64,000 nucleotides of DNA from Octopus bimaculoides (GCF_001194135.2 NC_068989.1:68514841-68578840), one strand, 5' to 3'. Numbered from the stretch's first letter, positions 49,773 to 63,750 are shown. Made by a program: numbers and translations. The notes: generated by a model from the letters alone, not told the origin.

Positions 49773-49914
49773 TTTCTATCAAATCCACTCACAAGGCTTT
49801 GGCCGGCCCAAAGGTGTAGTAGAAGACGCTTGCCCACGGTGCCACACAGTGGGACTGAACCCAGAACTATGTGGTTGGAAAACAAGCTACTTAACACGCA
49901 GCCACTCCTGCGCT
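49773..49914 (-). mobile_element. SINE family A, 5' half
   Basis: Reverse complement of GCGCAGGAGTGGCTGCGTG...GGGTTCAGTCCCACTG...GAGTGGATTTG. Confidence 0.9.
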
Positions 49915-49934
49915 TTTATGTATAATACGCTGCA

Positions 49935-50432
49935 AGATAGGACCCCTCTTCCAAAAGGATGGCTCCCTCACAGATAGTCCAACCAGGATCAGTGAGGTAC
50001 TGAATGATCAGTTCAAAAGTGTCTTTACCACCCTGTTGGAACACAGACAAGTGAACGAACCAATAGATTTCGTTGTCGCCTCACCTATAACCAGCGTGGT
50101 AGTTACCATGGAATACATCGACATTAGCGAAGAAGATATACTACTAAGCATAGATGAGGTGGACCCAAACTCAACTGCCGGTCCTGATGGTTTCCCAGCA
50201 ATCCTCCTCAAATCGTGTTAGTGTGCTCTGGCAAAAGCTCTACAGATTCCCTTCCAGAGCTTTTTTGCAAATGGCAGGCTGCCAAGCAAGCTGAAGGAGA
50301 GAATAATATGCCCAATCCTTAAAGGGGGAAGCAGAGCAGATGACAAAGCCTATAGACCTATCTCTCTGACTTCACACATCAACAAAGTCATGGAACGGAT
50401 AGTCAGAAGGAAACTAGTCGCATTCCTTGAAG
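49935..50432 (+). mobile_element. CR1-group LINE ORF2 fragment (pre-RT region and RT N-terminus)
   Basis: EVLNDQFKSVFT...STAGPDGFPAILLKSC*...PILKGGSRADDKAYRPISLTSHINKVMERIVRRKLVAFLEE. Confidence 0.92.
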
Positions 50433-51005
50433 AATATACATCAACGGGCAGTTGAGGGCATATCTGAGAGAGTCACTATGAAAAGCAGTGGAAATTTCGC
50501 TGTCATTGATATTAAGTTGAGTTTCGATAGATTTTACTTTTTATATAAATGTCTTTATGTGTTGCAAATGAAGATGTTTTTGTGGGTGTTACATCTTTTG
50601 TATCAGTGGATGTAAATTTTTTCTCGCATTATTCTGTGGCAGGTCTATCCATCTGTAAGTGTACCCATTATTAACTAACGTTGTTTACGCATAGCGTTTC
50701 CTTATCTAAAGTTTTTTTTTTGTTTTTTTCATGGATGAATATTCAAAATCTCGTCCGAGAAAGGATTTGGCTATAGTTATTTAATATGTGTGGAGACATT
50801 CATTATTACCGATCATAAAAATGCATTTGCTTCAGAGTTGTGCATAGTGACATGATATACGTGTTATTCTTTATTACTATATTTATATCTAATTATGGGG
50901 TTGATGTAATGCCAGAACATATAATGGAACTGTGTTGAATTGTAAATGTTAGTTTCAAGATCTTTGACAAATTCAGCAATATTGTGTCTCCGAACAATAC
51001 ATGTG

Positions 51006-51100
<95 letters not shown>

Positions 51101-54100
51101 AATGAGAGGAGAAAGTGATGGGGAGAGAGGAAGAAAGCGAGAAATGTGGGGATAGATTTATAGATCTTGAATTGTTTTTTTATTCAGTTAGTCAATGTAT
51201 TATATTAAGTTATATCGTATGAAATCTAGTTTGTGGAGCACTCAAATATATTCTTGCTTCAAGCAGCATTCCTTCTGTATTTGCAAAATATATGTGTGCA
51301 TATTTGTACATATATAATGTGTGTGTGTGTCTGTGTTTTTGTATGTCTGTCTGTGTGTGTGTGTGTGTGTATGTGTGAGTGTGTGATTTTGCGTGGGTAC
51401 ATTATATTTATATATTAGTAATACTGGAGATACTCACGTGATGCGTCGAGTCTGTTAATACATAGTGTAACTATAAAATTATAGATGCTATATATACTCA
51501 CATAATGCATTTTACTCTGCTTCCATAATACTGTCAGAATGCAAAATATATAAATATGAAAATAATTTTCTGTAAACTGTTATATAATTTTTTTTGTTTT
51601 ATTTCGTTTCTGTTTTTTCTCCATTATTCTGATCATTGTTTATCATGGATTGCTAAAAATTACAAGATTATTATATCATAACGTCTTCTCGAAGCAAGGG
51701 AGTAACACTCTCTACCCCTAAACCGTAGCAAAATGCTGAATACATGTTATGTTCAGAAAACTACTGTCCTCCGAAAAATTCCTATCATTTCATGACCTTA
51801 TATATCTCTCTCTTTCTTTCTCTCCACCTTATGTTTTAAAATTTCTTACTGTAATTCTCTATCCTCTCAACCTTCTCTCCCTCTTTTCATCTTTGTCGTA
51901 TCTTATCAAAGTCTTCTATCCTACCGACTGAAAGATTTCCGCAATCGGACCGCGAGCGTTTAATTTTCCTTTGGATCCACTTTCTCAGTCTGATTTACTT
52001 CAGCGCCATCTACACAGGGTTTCAAATTACAATAACTTCAGTATTCAGTGAAGTATGTAAAGACTTCCATTTCCTAAACAGTGTTTTTTTTTCCAACTAA
52101 CTGTTGTCCTCATAATCTCTAGCTGCCAATTCTCCCTCGAGATTACACATTACTATCTTAAAACATGAAGTTCATATTGAGCAATGTAATACTAGATATC
52201 AAAAACAATACAAGATAGTCAAAGGTCGAATACTTTTGATCATAGGCTGACTGCAAGGCTCATCTGGACGTGAACAACAATATCGATCATCTTTATTTTC
52301 AACTCAAGTGACTTTAGATGGACTAACAAATCNNNNNNNNNNNNNNNNNNNNNNNNNNNNNNNNNNNNNNNNNNNNNNNNNNNNNNNNNNNNNNNNNNNN
52401 NNNNNNNNNNNNNNNNNNNNNNNNNNNNNNNNNNNNNNNNNNNNNNNNNNNNNNNNNNNNNNNNNNNNNNNNNNNNNNNNNNNNNNNNNNNNNNNNNNNN
52501 NNNNNNNNNNNNNNNNNNNNNNNNNNNNNNNNNNNNNNNNNNNNNNNNNNNNNNNNNNNNNNNNNNNNNNNNNNNNNNNNNNGAGAGAGAGAGAGAGATA
52601 CGACAGGATTCTTTCAGTTTCCATCTAGCAAATTCACTCACAAGACTTTGGTCGGCTCGAGGCTGTGGAAGAACTATAGAAGAACAATAAAGTGTTCCCT
52701 GAAAACCCGTTATGGTTCAGCATCTATTTGCATGCATTTGGAACATCTACCGCAGGACTCCAAACAATCATGAAGGAGAATGCTGTGTAAGAGATTTAAT
52801 ATAAACTTGTATTTATCCTTATTTTCCCTATATACGTGTGCATGTGAGTGTATGAGTATGTGTGTGTGTGTCTGTATCTATGTGTGTGAGTGTGTGTGAT
52901 AAAAAAAACACATTCCCAAGGTGTTGTGCAGCGAGATTGAACTTGGAACAACGTTGTTGCAAAGTGAATTTCTTAACTACACTACCAATACAACGCCCAG
53001 TTGAAATTAAATCTTTCTTCTGTTGAACCTTATCGTTCATTTTGACGGACATAAGAGGTTAATGAAATATCTGATCTTTTTCGTTTTCTTACTTTCTTTT
53101 TTCCTTTTTTTTGTGGGGAGGGAGACTGTATGGTTATGACTCTTACCACCTGCTATATATAAGGTAAGAGAATTTTCCCCGTCTTGGAACGTGACTAACG
53201 TTTAGTCAGAGCCTATAATAGACATTTTTGTATTATTTTTTTTATGTCTTAACAATAATGAAAAAAAACTAATCAACTTTAAAGAAAAAAATCTGCACAC
53301 AAAGTGGGAGAAAATTGGGTGAATCAACACAAATAGAAATACAATTGAAAAGGTAACATTTCATTTGAATGACCAGAGAAAAACTGGGGCGAAAATACAT
53401 AATTAAATTATAACAAGACACTCTGGCAACTACAGCAAACTTTTGTATTAATTTATCGAGAATTTCGTAAGTTTTGTATTTATATTCTAATTTTCTTTTT
53501 CTTTTTTTTCTTGCTGCCTTATGACGTTGGATTACGGCTATGCTAGAGTACCACTTTGTATGAATAATCGAACAAATCGAACCCGGTACTTAGTCATTTT
53601 TAAGTGAGGTACATTTTCTGCTGGACTCTTTTACTGAACCACCAATGTTGCAGGGACGTTAACAAACTTACACCGGTTTTCGAGCGGTGTGAGTAAAGAG
53701 AAACAAAAACACAAAGACACGCACACGCATATACATGGGTGGGTGTGCGCGCGCGTGTACGTAGCTAGATAGGCTTGTTTATATATATATATATATNNNN
53801 NNNNNNNNNNNNNNNNCAGAACTGAACCTGAAACGACGAGATTACAAATCGAGCTAAACGAAACACCCTTCTTGCTATGTTTCCAATTCAGGCCCTGATC
53901 GAGTCGACGTAAGATTAAAGCATTGAAACGTTGAAGTTGCGATTTTTGAAAATATTTTTCAGAATCGGAATCTCCATAGCCTAAAACGTGCGATTCCATA
54001 AAAAAAAACTTTTATAGAGGGGAGGGTTCCGTTTACATCTCCGCCATGTGCGCCCACCGTAAGAAGCAGATTCACACGTCTACATACAAATATTTGCACG

Positions 54101-54467
54101 TATAGATCCAAGATAATCAAATCTAAATTTTTTCACAACCACGTGTATATTATCAAAATAGCCCCGCAGGAAATGCTATTCTGATCAGGAGTAAAAATAA
54201 TTAAATTATTTTATTTTATTTATTAATTCATAATAGAATATAAGGATAAAATCACGTTAATGATTATTATCAGGTGGTCAGCATGCTATCAAAATTTATA
54301 GGTAACTTATACATTGAATTAATAATTATATACATATGTATATAATTATATTAAGGGACCCTGTTTTTATGACTTTAATCCAGAAATTCTCGTGAAGTCT
54401 TTTTAGTATCCTTTCACAAGCCCGATTTTAACCCTACGTATATATAATTTGGAGTTTTGGTAGTATT

Positions 54468-54885
54468 TGAGCTTGCAGAATCGTTAGTACGCCGAGCGAA
54501 ATGCTTAGCGGTATTTCGTCTGCCGCTACGTTCTGAGTTCAAATTCCGCCGAGGTTGACTTAACCTTACATCCTTTCGGGGTCGATTAAATAAGTACCAG
54601 TTACACACTGGGGTCGATGTAATCGACTTAATCCCTTTGTCTGTCCTTGTTTGCCCCCCCCCTATGTTTAGCTCCTTGTGGGTAATAAAGAAATAAGAAT
54701 CGTTAGCACACTGGGCAAGGTACTAAGCGTAATTTCGCGCTGAGTTCAAATTCCGCCGAGGTCGACTTTCCCTTTCATCTTTTCGGAGTTCGATAAAACA
54801 AGCACCAGTTGAACACTGGGGTCAATGTAATCGACTTACCCACTCCCCAGAAATTGCTGGCTTTGTGCCAAAATTTTAATTCAAT
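54468..54885 (+). mobile_element. Young SINE B (younger tail type) nested in the head of an older SINE B
   Basis: AGAATCGTTAG at 54477-54487 and 54696-54706 flanks a well-preserved unit ending AATAAAGAAATA; the older, more degenerate copy resumes after it. Confidence 0.85.
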
Positions 54886-55469
54886 ATCTGCATTGCGACT
54901 TTGGGATTAAGTTTATCTGCTTAGACAATGTCATGCTCCCTGGATTCAAAACACGAAATTATTTAAATCAAGTTTACACAACACCACATGAAATACCTTG
55001 CCGGAGGAGATGGTGTCTTTACTCATCAAAACTGCTATTCCATTCGCCGATAACCTGAATTATATAATACAACGTGTTATGAATGTGGAGAGAATTGAAT
55101 TAATGAAACGGGGAATAAATTTCTTTACATAGTAGTGTTGCACAAAGAACAACTTTCACTTATGTAAAATATATGAAACTGCTTTGTTAGTAAGCATAAT
55201 TGGGTGGAGGTAATTTTATAATTACCCCACACTCACCCAATATATTAATAAAATTCACTGTTCCGAATATAAATTAAATAACTCACCTTGTCACCACCGT
55301 CTTTATCTCTTTCCAGCTTCACAACACTTACTCTTACCCGCTCTTTTATAATGTGAAACCTGTTTCGGGCCCCTTTCTCATTCTCTAACATTTTATCACC
55401 TGACAAAGCTGCCTCGCTCTCTACTATCACTCCATTCAGTCCATGGGAATCTTAGGCTTGCTAGCTAGA

Positions 55470-55725
55470 TGGCGACCTCAAGAGTGCTGGTGCCACGAAA
55501 AAGGCGCTCAATATCAAGCTACAGAAACCATGCCAAAGCAGACACTGGAGCACGACGCACTCCTCCGACCTGTCACATCTTGTAAAAGCGCCCGACCCAT
55601 ACCAATGTGAAAGACAGACATTAAAAGATGATAATGATGTTGACGATGATGTCGACGATGTAGTGGCGGTGGTGGTGGTGGTGGTGGTGGTGGTGGTCGT
55701 CGTCGTCGTCGTCGTCGTCATCGTC
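55470..55725 (+). mobile_element. RTE-like retroposon 3' end with (GAT)n tail grading into (GGT)n(CGT)n
   Basis: ...CCCGACCCATACCAATGTGAAAGACAGACATTAAAAGATGATAATGATG...; family assignment from memory of RTE tails. Confidence 0.5.
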
Positions 55726-56884
55726 GTGTTGGTGAATTAAATGAGTCAAAAATCTTTAATTCCGCATTAATAAAAAGGTATTTTCTCCTAAAACTGGTAT
55801 CATTAAGAAATCTAAACCGCTTCTCTTAGCCAAACTATAACTACTAATTGATGATTATAAGTTGACTTACTATCTACATACATGGAATAAAGTGTCAGAA
55901 ATTTAATCTGCATAACACTGAAGCTGTAAATTTATCTTTTGCCTATTTTAAATGAGTAGTATAAGATTCATAGAATCGTGCTTCTATAGCAGGAAGTTCC
56001 GCTTACAGATTCGACTTACAGTATAATATAGAACGTCCATGTTACTCGGAATCCAGAAGATCCGATTCATCAAAATGTTTCATGAGTATATAAAACCATA
56101 GAGTTAGTGGGTATGATGTAGATGTAAATATATTTAACCACAAGTTTCATAGGATTACGACCGTGTAGTATTTATTTCAGTGTGCATACCCATTAATGTA
56201 AACATGTACTCATAATTTCTTCCGTACAAAAATTGATACTAAATGAAGATGGTTCATGCGAAACGGCCGTAAATCTTATGAATATTTCACCTTTCATACC
56301 ACCGGACTTCATTCTTTTATTCTTTTGTGCATTTCAGCTCAAAGACTGTGGCAATGCGGGGGCATTGTTTGATNNNNNNNNNNNNNNNNNNNNNNNNNNN
56401 NNNNNNNNNNNNNNNNNNNNNNNNNNNNNNNNNNNNNNNNNNNNNNNNNNNNNNNNNNNNNNNNNNNNNNNNNNNNNNNNNNNNNNNNNNNNNNNNNNNN
56501 NNNNNNNNNNNNNNNNNNNNNNNNNNNNNNNNNNNNNNNNNNNNNNNNNNNNNNNNNNNNNNNNNNNNNNNNNNNNNNNNNNNNNNNNNNNNNNNNNNNN
56601 NNNNNNNNNNNNNNNNNNNNNNNNNNNNNNNNNNNNNNNNNNNNNNNNNNNNNNNNNNNNNNNNNNNNNNNNNNNNNNNNNNNNNNNNNNNNNNNNNNNN
56701 NNNNNNNNNNNNNNNNNNNNNNNNNNNNNNNNNNNNNNNNNNNNNNNNNNNNNNNNNNNNNNNNNNNNNNNNNNNNNNNNNNNNNNNNNNNNNNNNNNNN
56801 NNNNNNNNNNNNNNNNNNNNNNNNNNNNNNNNNNNNNNNNNNNNNNNNNNNNNNNNNNNNNNNNNNNNNNNNNNNNNNNNNNNN

Positions 56885-56938
<54 letters not shown>

Positions 56939-56960
56939 TGTATGTATATGTATATATATA

Positions 56961-57237
56961 TGTCACTAAAGTGACCGAGGGCACAAGTTAGCATCAGTAT
57001 TGCTAGACATAGAAGTTAAAACAATTCAGAGCCACAAGAAGCATCTTATCTTAATGACGAGCATTAATATATATGCGAAATCACTGTGATCTGGCTATGC
57101 CTAGGCGCTGAAGGAGTTTGCCTCCCTTGTCAGTCATTAAGACAAGGAGATAAGGTGCTTCTTGTGCCTTTGAGTTGCTTTAATTCTTATTTCTACAATA
57201 CTGGTGCTGACTAGTTCCCTCAGACACTTTAGTGACA
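56961..57237. mobile_element. Foldback element with ~100-bp imperfect arms, TA-flanked
   Basis: TA-TGTCACTAAAGTG...TTAATGAC (56961-57058) versus GTCATTAAG...CACTTTAGTGACA-TA (57133-57237). Confidence 0.85.
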
Positions 57238-58051
57238 TATATTCCTGCCTTTCGGTTGTAAAATTGCGAACAAGCCACCCTTATATTATATATATATATA
57301 TATATATATATNNNNNNNNNNNNNNNNNNNNNNNNNNNNNNNNNNNNNNNNNNNNNNNNNNNNNNNNNNNNNNNNNNNNNNNNNNNNNNNNNNNNNNNNN
57401 NNNNNNNNNNNNNNNNNNNNNNNNNNNNNNNNNNNNNNNNNNNNNNNNNNNNNNNNNNNNNNNNNNNNNNNNNNNNNNNNNNNNNNNNNNNNNNNNNNNN
57501 NNNNNNNNNNNNNNNNNNNNNNNNNNNNNNNNNNNNNNNNNNNNNNNNNNNNNNNNNNNNNNNNNNNNNNNNNNNNNNNNNNNNNNNNNNNNNNNNNNNN
57601 NNNNNNNNNNNNNNNNNNNNNNNNNNNNNNNNNNNNNNNNNNNNNNNNNNNNNNNNNNNNNNNNNNNNNNNNNNNNNNNNNNNNNNNNNNNNNNNNNNNN
57701 NNNNNNNNNNNNNNNNNNNNNNNNNNNNNNNNNNNNNNNNNNNNNNNNNNNNNNNNNNNNNNNNNNNNNNNNNNNNNNNNNNNNNNNNNNNNNNNNNNNN
57801 NNNNNNNNNNNNNNNNNNNNNNNNNNNNNNNNNNNNNNNNNNNNNNNNNNNNNNNNNNNNNNNNNNNNNNNNNNNNNNNNNNNNNNNNNNNNNNNNNNNN
57901 NNNNNNNNNNNNNNNNNNNNNNNNNNNNNNNNNNNNNNNNNNNNNNNNNNNNNNNNNNNNNNNNNNNNNNNNNNNNNNNNNNNNNNNNNNNNNNNNNNNN
58001 NNNNNNNNNNNNNNNNNNNNNNNNNNNNNNNNNNNNNNNNNNNNNNNNNNN

Positions 58052-58088
<37 letters not shown>

Positions 58089-58698
58089 AAGAGAGCGAGA
58101 GAGAAAGTATACTCACCCATAGCAGAGTGATCTGGAAATGGTCAAGAATTTCACTTCCCAATCATGATGTCCCAAGTTTTATTCTATAACATGATATCTT
58201 GGAACAAGAGTCTTTTCTCATTGTCACAGGTCACCAAAGCCTTTCGAGTGAAACTATTAAATATAAACCATGTAGAAATTCGTAGAATGAAGGGCATCCG
58301 TAATCCAAATATCCAACTTGTCAAATCATGTGACACTGATTCCACCCGAGAATTTCATGAATAATCAACTTCAAAACAGATGGAGAACTCATCATATATG
58401 CAATTGTACTTGTATATACTTATAAAACTGAAATTCGTAATGACGGAGTCGGTAAGAATTCGACCCTGCAGCTGATATGTTGACTGATTATATCCATTAA
58501 TGGCGGTACACTCTGTTAATGGGAATTTGACATTCGGTTGTAAAGTCTACTTGGAAAGAAAGAACTAGCAATAAGATGAGTAGCAATCAGCTACAGACAT
58601 GTAAGCGCTGTAAGAATAACAAAAATATCATTAATATTGATATAATAATATATGATGTTATGTAACATAATATTATTATATCACAATGCAGATATATG

Positions 58699-58746
<48 letters not shown>

Positions 58747-59419
58747 TTGCAATGAATTAATGTTGCAATCGATAGACGTTATATCCACAGAAACACGTTT
58801 CATCTGCCTTACATATAAAATAAGTTGAAATACTCAGGGATAATGACGTAGGACGAGTCTCAGTACACTCTCTAGCATGTTCAGAAATTGGGTTTGAGGG
58901 AAAAAGGTGGGAGCTCGGTTTGAAATATTCTGATTCTTTTTTTCTTCCATTATGCCTTTATTCGACACTGCCTCTAATAATTTTTATTCGACTATTGCAT
59001 ATAGTATGATATAGTCTTTGTCTGATATTTAATTCATCGGTCTTCTCGTAATATATCAATTGTAGTGTAAACATTTGCGTACCCTGAATGTGATTCAAGA
59101 AGACATGTGAGTAAAACATTTCCCGCCGTGAACAACCTATATTTTGTGCAATAGATCAAAAAGTGAATTATTGACCGTGTCTTTTTTTAAGTCTTATATA
59201 TATATATATACATACTTAAAGCTTCAAAATTATCACAAAACTGTCACTAAGAGTTTCACGATCCGGTTCGTTGGACACGTGGGATGAATACACAGTAATA
59301 AAAGCATATTACTCTACCTTTGGTATTCAAGTACCATTTTTTTCCACCTTGTTTTGCATTATGCCCTTCCATATGTGTGTGTGCGAGTGTATGTTTATTC
59401 ATAGACAGATTTGTGTGTG

Positions 59420-59514
<95 letters not shown>

Positions 59515-59889
59515 ATATCAATATATATGTAATCAAACGGCAGGTTGTGATATGAGACAGATTCCAATGCTATGTCCATCATATCTAAAGAATCTGTTTC
59601 AAGACCAAAGAATCATATCTATAAAATGTTTCGAGACCAAATACAAGTAAACCTGTGATTCAGAGGCAAATATTATTCACGTGCATGCGGTAAATGGTAG
59701 CAAGTGATTTGTTTGGTTAAACCAATGAATTCAACATTGAGTTAATAATATCAGTAAAGAAAACAAAAGAAAAACAAAGGAAACTATTCTTTTGGATTTT
59801 CCCTCATTGCCTTTTATTTTAATATATATGTGTATAAACACACACACATATATAGATATATATACATATACTTACAAACACATACGTAC

Positions 59890-59966
<77 letters not shown>

Positions 59967-60065
59967 TTAAACGATGGTCTTCTGCTCAGTTCGCGTCCAC
60001 TGAATTTCTTTCACAATGTATTGGCCAACCGAAAGCTATACTACTAAATGAATTACCTTTTACCA

Positions 60066-60439
60066 GTTTCAGTCGTAGGTCTGCGGCCATGCTGGAGCAT
60101 CACTTTTGAAGAATTTTTCGTCGAATAGATCGACCCGAGTGCTTTTTTTAAAGTCTTTTACTCATTCTATCGCTCACTATTGGCCAACCACTAAGTTACG
60201 GCGATGTAAACAAACCAACACTGGTTGTCCAGCGGTGGTGGGGGACAAACATAGACACAAAGACACATATCCGACGGACCCCTTTCTGTTTCCCTCTACC
60301 AAATTCACTCACAAGACTCTGGTCAGCCCGAAGTTATATTAACAGAAGAAAACTTGCCCAAGGTGTCACGCAGTGCGGCTAAGCCCCGAACTATGTGGCT
60401 GGGAAACAAGCTTCTTAGCAAACAGACACGCCTGCGCCT
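60066..60439 (-). mobile_element. SINE family A, full length with no expanded internal (GT)n
   Basis: Collinear with the reverse complement of 5651-6076; head and tail halves are joined by only ~15 bp. Confidence 0.88.
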
Positions 60440-61064
60440 ATGGATAGACTAGAATCTGGACTAATTTTTTTGTTGCTGAAGGCAGGGCAAAAGTAATAAT
60501 TGATGACAGATGATTGTTAGAAGAAATTGACGTAAATAAGTATTTTTCATATATGCTTTGCTAACTGTTAGTATATTTGTTTTATCTGTAGGCATGTTGT
60601 CGCGTTTATAATTGTCTTATGACAGTATCAGAGTGTGTGAAGGAAAATATTCAACCAACGTAGAACAGAAACTGTATCGATGCCTCTGTTTATCATGAAT
60701 CCCTCTTATTTTAAGACTCAAAATGTAATTAAGAGCAAATTAATACTGAAGACATACAGATTACATTCATATGAATATGTGCGTCTGAAAATACATACAT
60801 GTGTACATGTATACATATGTATATNNNNNNNNNNNNNNNNNNNNNNNNNNNNNNNNNNNNNNNNNNNNNNNNNNNNNNNNNNNNNNNNNNNNNNNNNNNN
60901 NNNNNNNNNNNNNNNNNNNNNNNNNNNNNNNNNNNNNNNNNNNNNNNNNNNNNNNNNNNNNNNNNNNNNNNNNNNNNNNNNNNNNNNNNNNNNNNNNNNN
61001 NNNNNNNNNNNNNNNNNNNNNNNNNNNNNNNNNNNNNNNNNNNNNNNNNNNNNNNNNNNNNNNN

Positions 61065-61355
61065 ATATACATGTATACATATTTGATTGTGCGCATACAT
61101 ACATATATGCATACATACACATATGCATACATGCACATATGCATACATGCACATATGCATACATACACATATGCATGCATACACATATGCATACATATAT
61201 GCATACATACAAATCTGCATACATACATGCATACATACATGCATGCATACACACATGCATACATACATGCATGCAAACATACATACATACATATATACAT
61301 GCATGCATACATACACGCTTACATACATGCATGGATACATACGTGCATGCATATT
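61065..61355. repeat. Degenerate TACA/TGCA/TATG satellite-like tract
   Basis: Direct reading; source of the H/T/Y/M-rich ORFs. Confidence 0.93.
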
Positions 61356-62166
61356 TTCATGCATACAATACGAAGTATTTTATTTCCTGTATAGGATCAC
61401 GAATAGGTATTGTAGTTACGGTGCCCGCATTCTTAGATTGGAAAAATATTTCAGTAAATCTCATTAACTTTTCAATAGAATCTGTTGAATGATAGTAACG
61501 AAGGATACCCTATCAAATAAAGCTTTAATGCTTCCCAAAGATACGGAAACTAAAGAACGTTCTAATACAAAATGGCGGGGAAAAACATAAATTCTGTCTT
61601 CCTTCCTTCTATCTTCTTGTTTTTTCTTCTCTTTCACACTTTCCTTATCATATTATTTCTTAAATTGTTTCTCCGTAACCCTCTTCGTTTATTTTCTTGT
61701 ATATTCAACTGCCATTCTTTTTTTGTCTGTTTTTTTTTAGTTTCTATTTGTTGTTATCTGCCTGTTAGATAACATTGAAAAGAGAAAATTGAATGAAACC
61801 TTCTAATCTACGTGCTGTAATCCCAAGAAGTGTGGATGGTCTATATCAATATCTATTCTTCTATGGAAAAACTCATGAAAAGGCACCGTTATTTCAGTTG
61901 CCCTCATGAGTAAAGATCTTACCTAGTAGGCCCGTGCTCTTCTTCGCTCAGAGTAAAGAAAGAGAAAGTAGTATTGTTGTTTTGTTTGTTTGTTATCGTC
62001 TACTCAGTGAGGAAAAGGGAAATACCTATAACTCTTTTTTATATTTTGGGGGCCTCCAAGACTGATTCGAGGAAATCCTTAAACTAGAAATCTTTCCCTG
62101 AAGCCTGCAACAGAGTGAATGAGGGACCAAAAGACCAAGTGTTCAAATGGACACCTACTAAATATA

Positions 62167-62540
62167 CAGGGTGATTCAAAAGTCTCCATACTTAGCAAAA
62201 TTTATTATTTTTTTTTATAAGAAACAGTTTATAAGATCCCCTAGATCCCTTGATCTGACCCCTCTTGATTTCTATCCTTGAGGCATTTGAAAAGCACGAT
62301 GTATCGTGAAAAGATAAAACATAAATCATTTGAAAGAATGCATCACCAACTCCTTTGCACACGTATCAACAGATGTGCTATTACGAGTTCACAATGAGTG
62401 GGGTAAACATATTGCAATGTGTATTCAAAACAATGTTAACCATATAGAGCCTGTTAAATAGAAAAAAAAACTGTTCTTATAAATTGTTTCTTATAAAAAG
62501 ATAAATTGTTCCTATGTATGGCGACTTTTGAATCACCCTG
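62167..62540 (+). mobile_element. Non-autonomous Tc1/mariner element with intact TIRs and TA TSD (374 bp)
   Basis: TA-CAGGGTGATTCAAAAGTCTCCATAC ... GTATGGCGACTTTTGAATCACCCTG-TA (24 of 25 match); internal PPRSLDLTPLDFYP*GHLK is the transposase C-terminus. Confidence 0.95.
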
Positions 62541-62689
62541 TATAACTCAAAACTCAGAGATCCGGAATACTGCATGGCATCACTTGGATATCTTTCTTCT
62601 GTTTTTAATTGAAAAGGGTGTAATTTGAGGGAGCTTTCGCTATTATTTCGGCCAGATCCAGCTGCATTTTAGAGGCTGACTCTAACACT

Positions 62690-63350
62690 TCCAACAATCC
62701 ACCGCCCTGGACTGGCACTTTATTTTATTGACCCCGAAAGGATGAAAGGTAGTGTTGACCTCAGTTGGATTTGAACTCAGAGAACAAAGAACCGGAGTGA
62801 ATACTACTAGGTTTTTTTATCTTACACTCTAGTGATTCTTCTCCTCCAAAATATAACAAATCTATAAGCTCTAACAATATTTATATGGATGAAATATCGG
62901 TTTCAAATTTTGACACAAAGCCAGGAATTGTTGGGGAGAGAGCAAGTCGATAACATCGACCCTAGTGTTCAATCCCGAAAGGATGAAAGACAAAGTAGAC
63001 CTGGTGTCATTTGAACTCAGAACGTAAAGTCGGAAGAAATGCCGCTAAGCATTTTCCGGTGCGGTAACGATTCTACTAACTCGCCGCCCTATACGGGTGA
63101 AATATGAAGATGTATTAGAAATTTGAGAATAATGATTTCTAATCTAAGCACAAGGCCAGCCAGTCATTTTGTGGAAAAGGCGTTAGTTGATTATATCGAC
63201 TCGTTCTTCACGAGTACTTCATTTCACCGACCCAGCAAGGATGAAAGGTAAAGTTACCCTCAGCGGGATGTGTACACAGAAGGTAAAGAACCACGGATCG
63301 AATGCCGAAAGCAGTGGTATTTGCTTTTCTATTTTTTCGACCCCGCTACG
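62690..63350 (-). mobile_element. Cluster of three SINE B copies in tandem
   Basis: Three CCCGAAAGGATGAAAG-type cores and GAACTCAG B-box complements. Confidence 0.8.
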
Positions 63351-63365
63351 ATTCTGCTGTATATA

Positions 63366-63750
63366 TTAGGTCGTCAAGTATGAAATTTGTAGTAAGGTAT
63401 ATGGTAAACTTTGGCAGCTGCTCATTTTGCGCCATCATTATAATTTGACAATCTTTATTTTTTGTTAGAAAGCTGAGACATTTAGTTCTTTATTCTAATT
63501 CCTTTTGTGCTTTATAAAGTATTTATAAATTGATTTTTGCTATTTTTGGTTAGAGATAGATAAGTCGGAAATTCGTACAGTTTTAAAATATGAGTTCTTT
63601 CTAGGAAATACACCATCAGAGACAGCTCGGAATATTAATGGAGTGTTTCATTCTAATGACAGTATCAAATTGGTTTGCAAAATTTCGTTCTGATAACTTT
63701 GACTTCACAAATGAGCAACGCGGTCGACCAGAAACAAAGGTGGATAATAC
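63366..63750 (+). mobile_element. Mariner 5' fragment
   Basis: TA-TTAGGTCGTC left end; DKSEIRTVLKYEFFLGNTPSETARNINGVF...WFAKFRSDNFDFTNEQRGRPETKVDN. Confidence 0.85.

Noticed and set aside
51526-51537. TAATACTGTCAG matching the first 12 nt of miR-8/miR-200
   Set aside because: The match ends after 12 nt, and I see no precursor hairpin.
55245-55430. Minus ORF with an AAG/GTGAGT donor (…ERDKDGGDK)
   Set aside because: No credible acceptor, an upstream in-frame stop, and it abuts an RTE-like relic; purine-rich composition explains the open frame.
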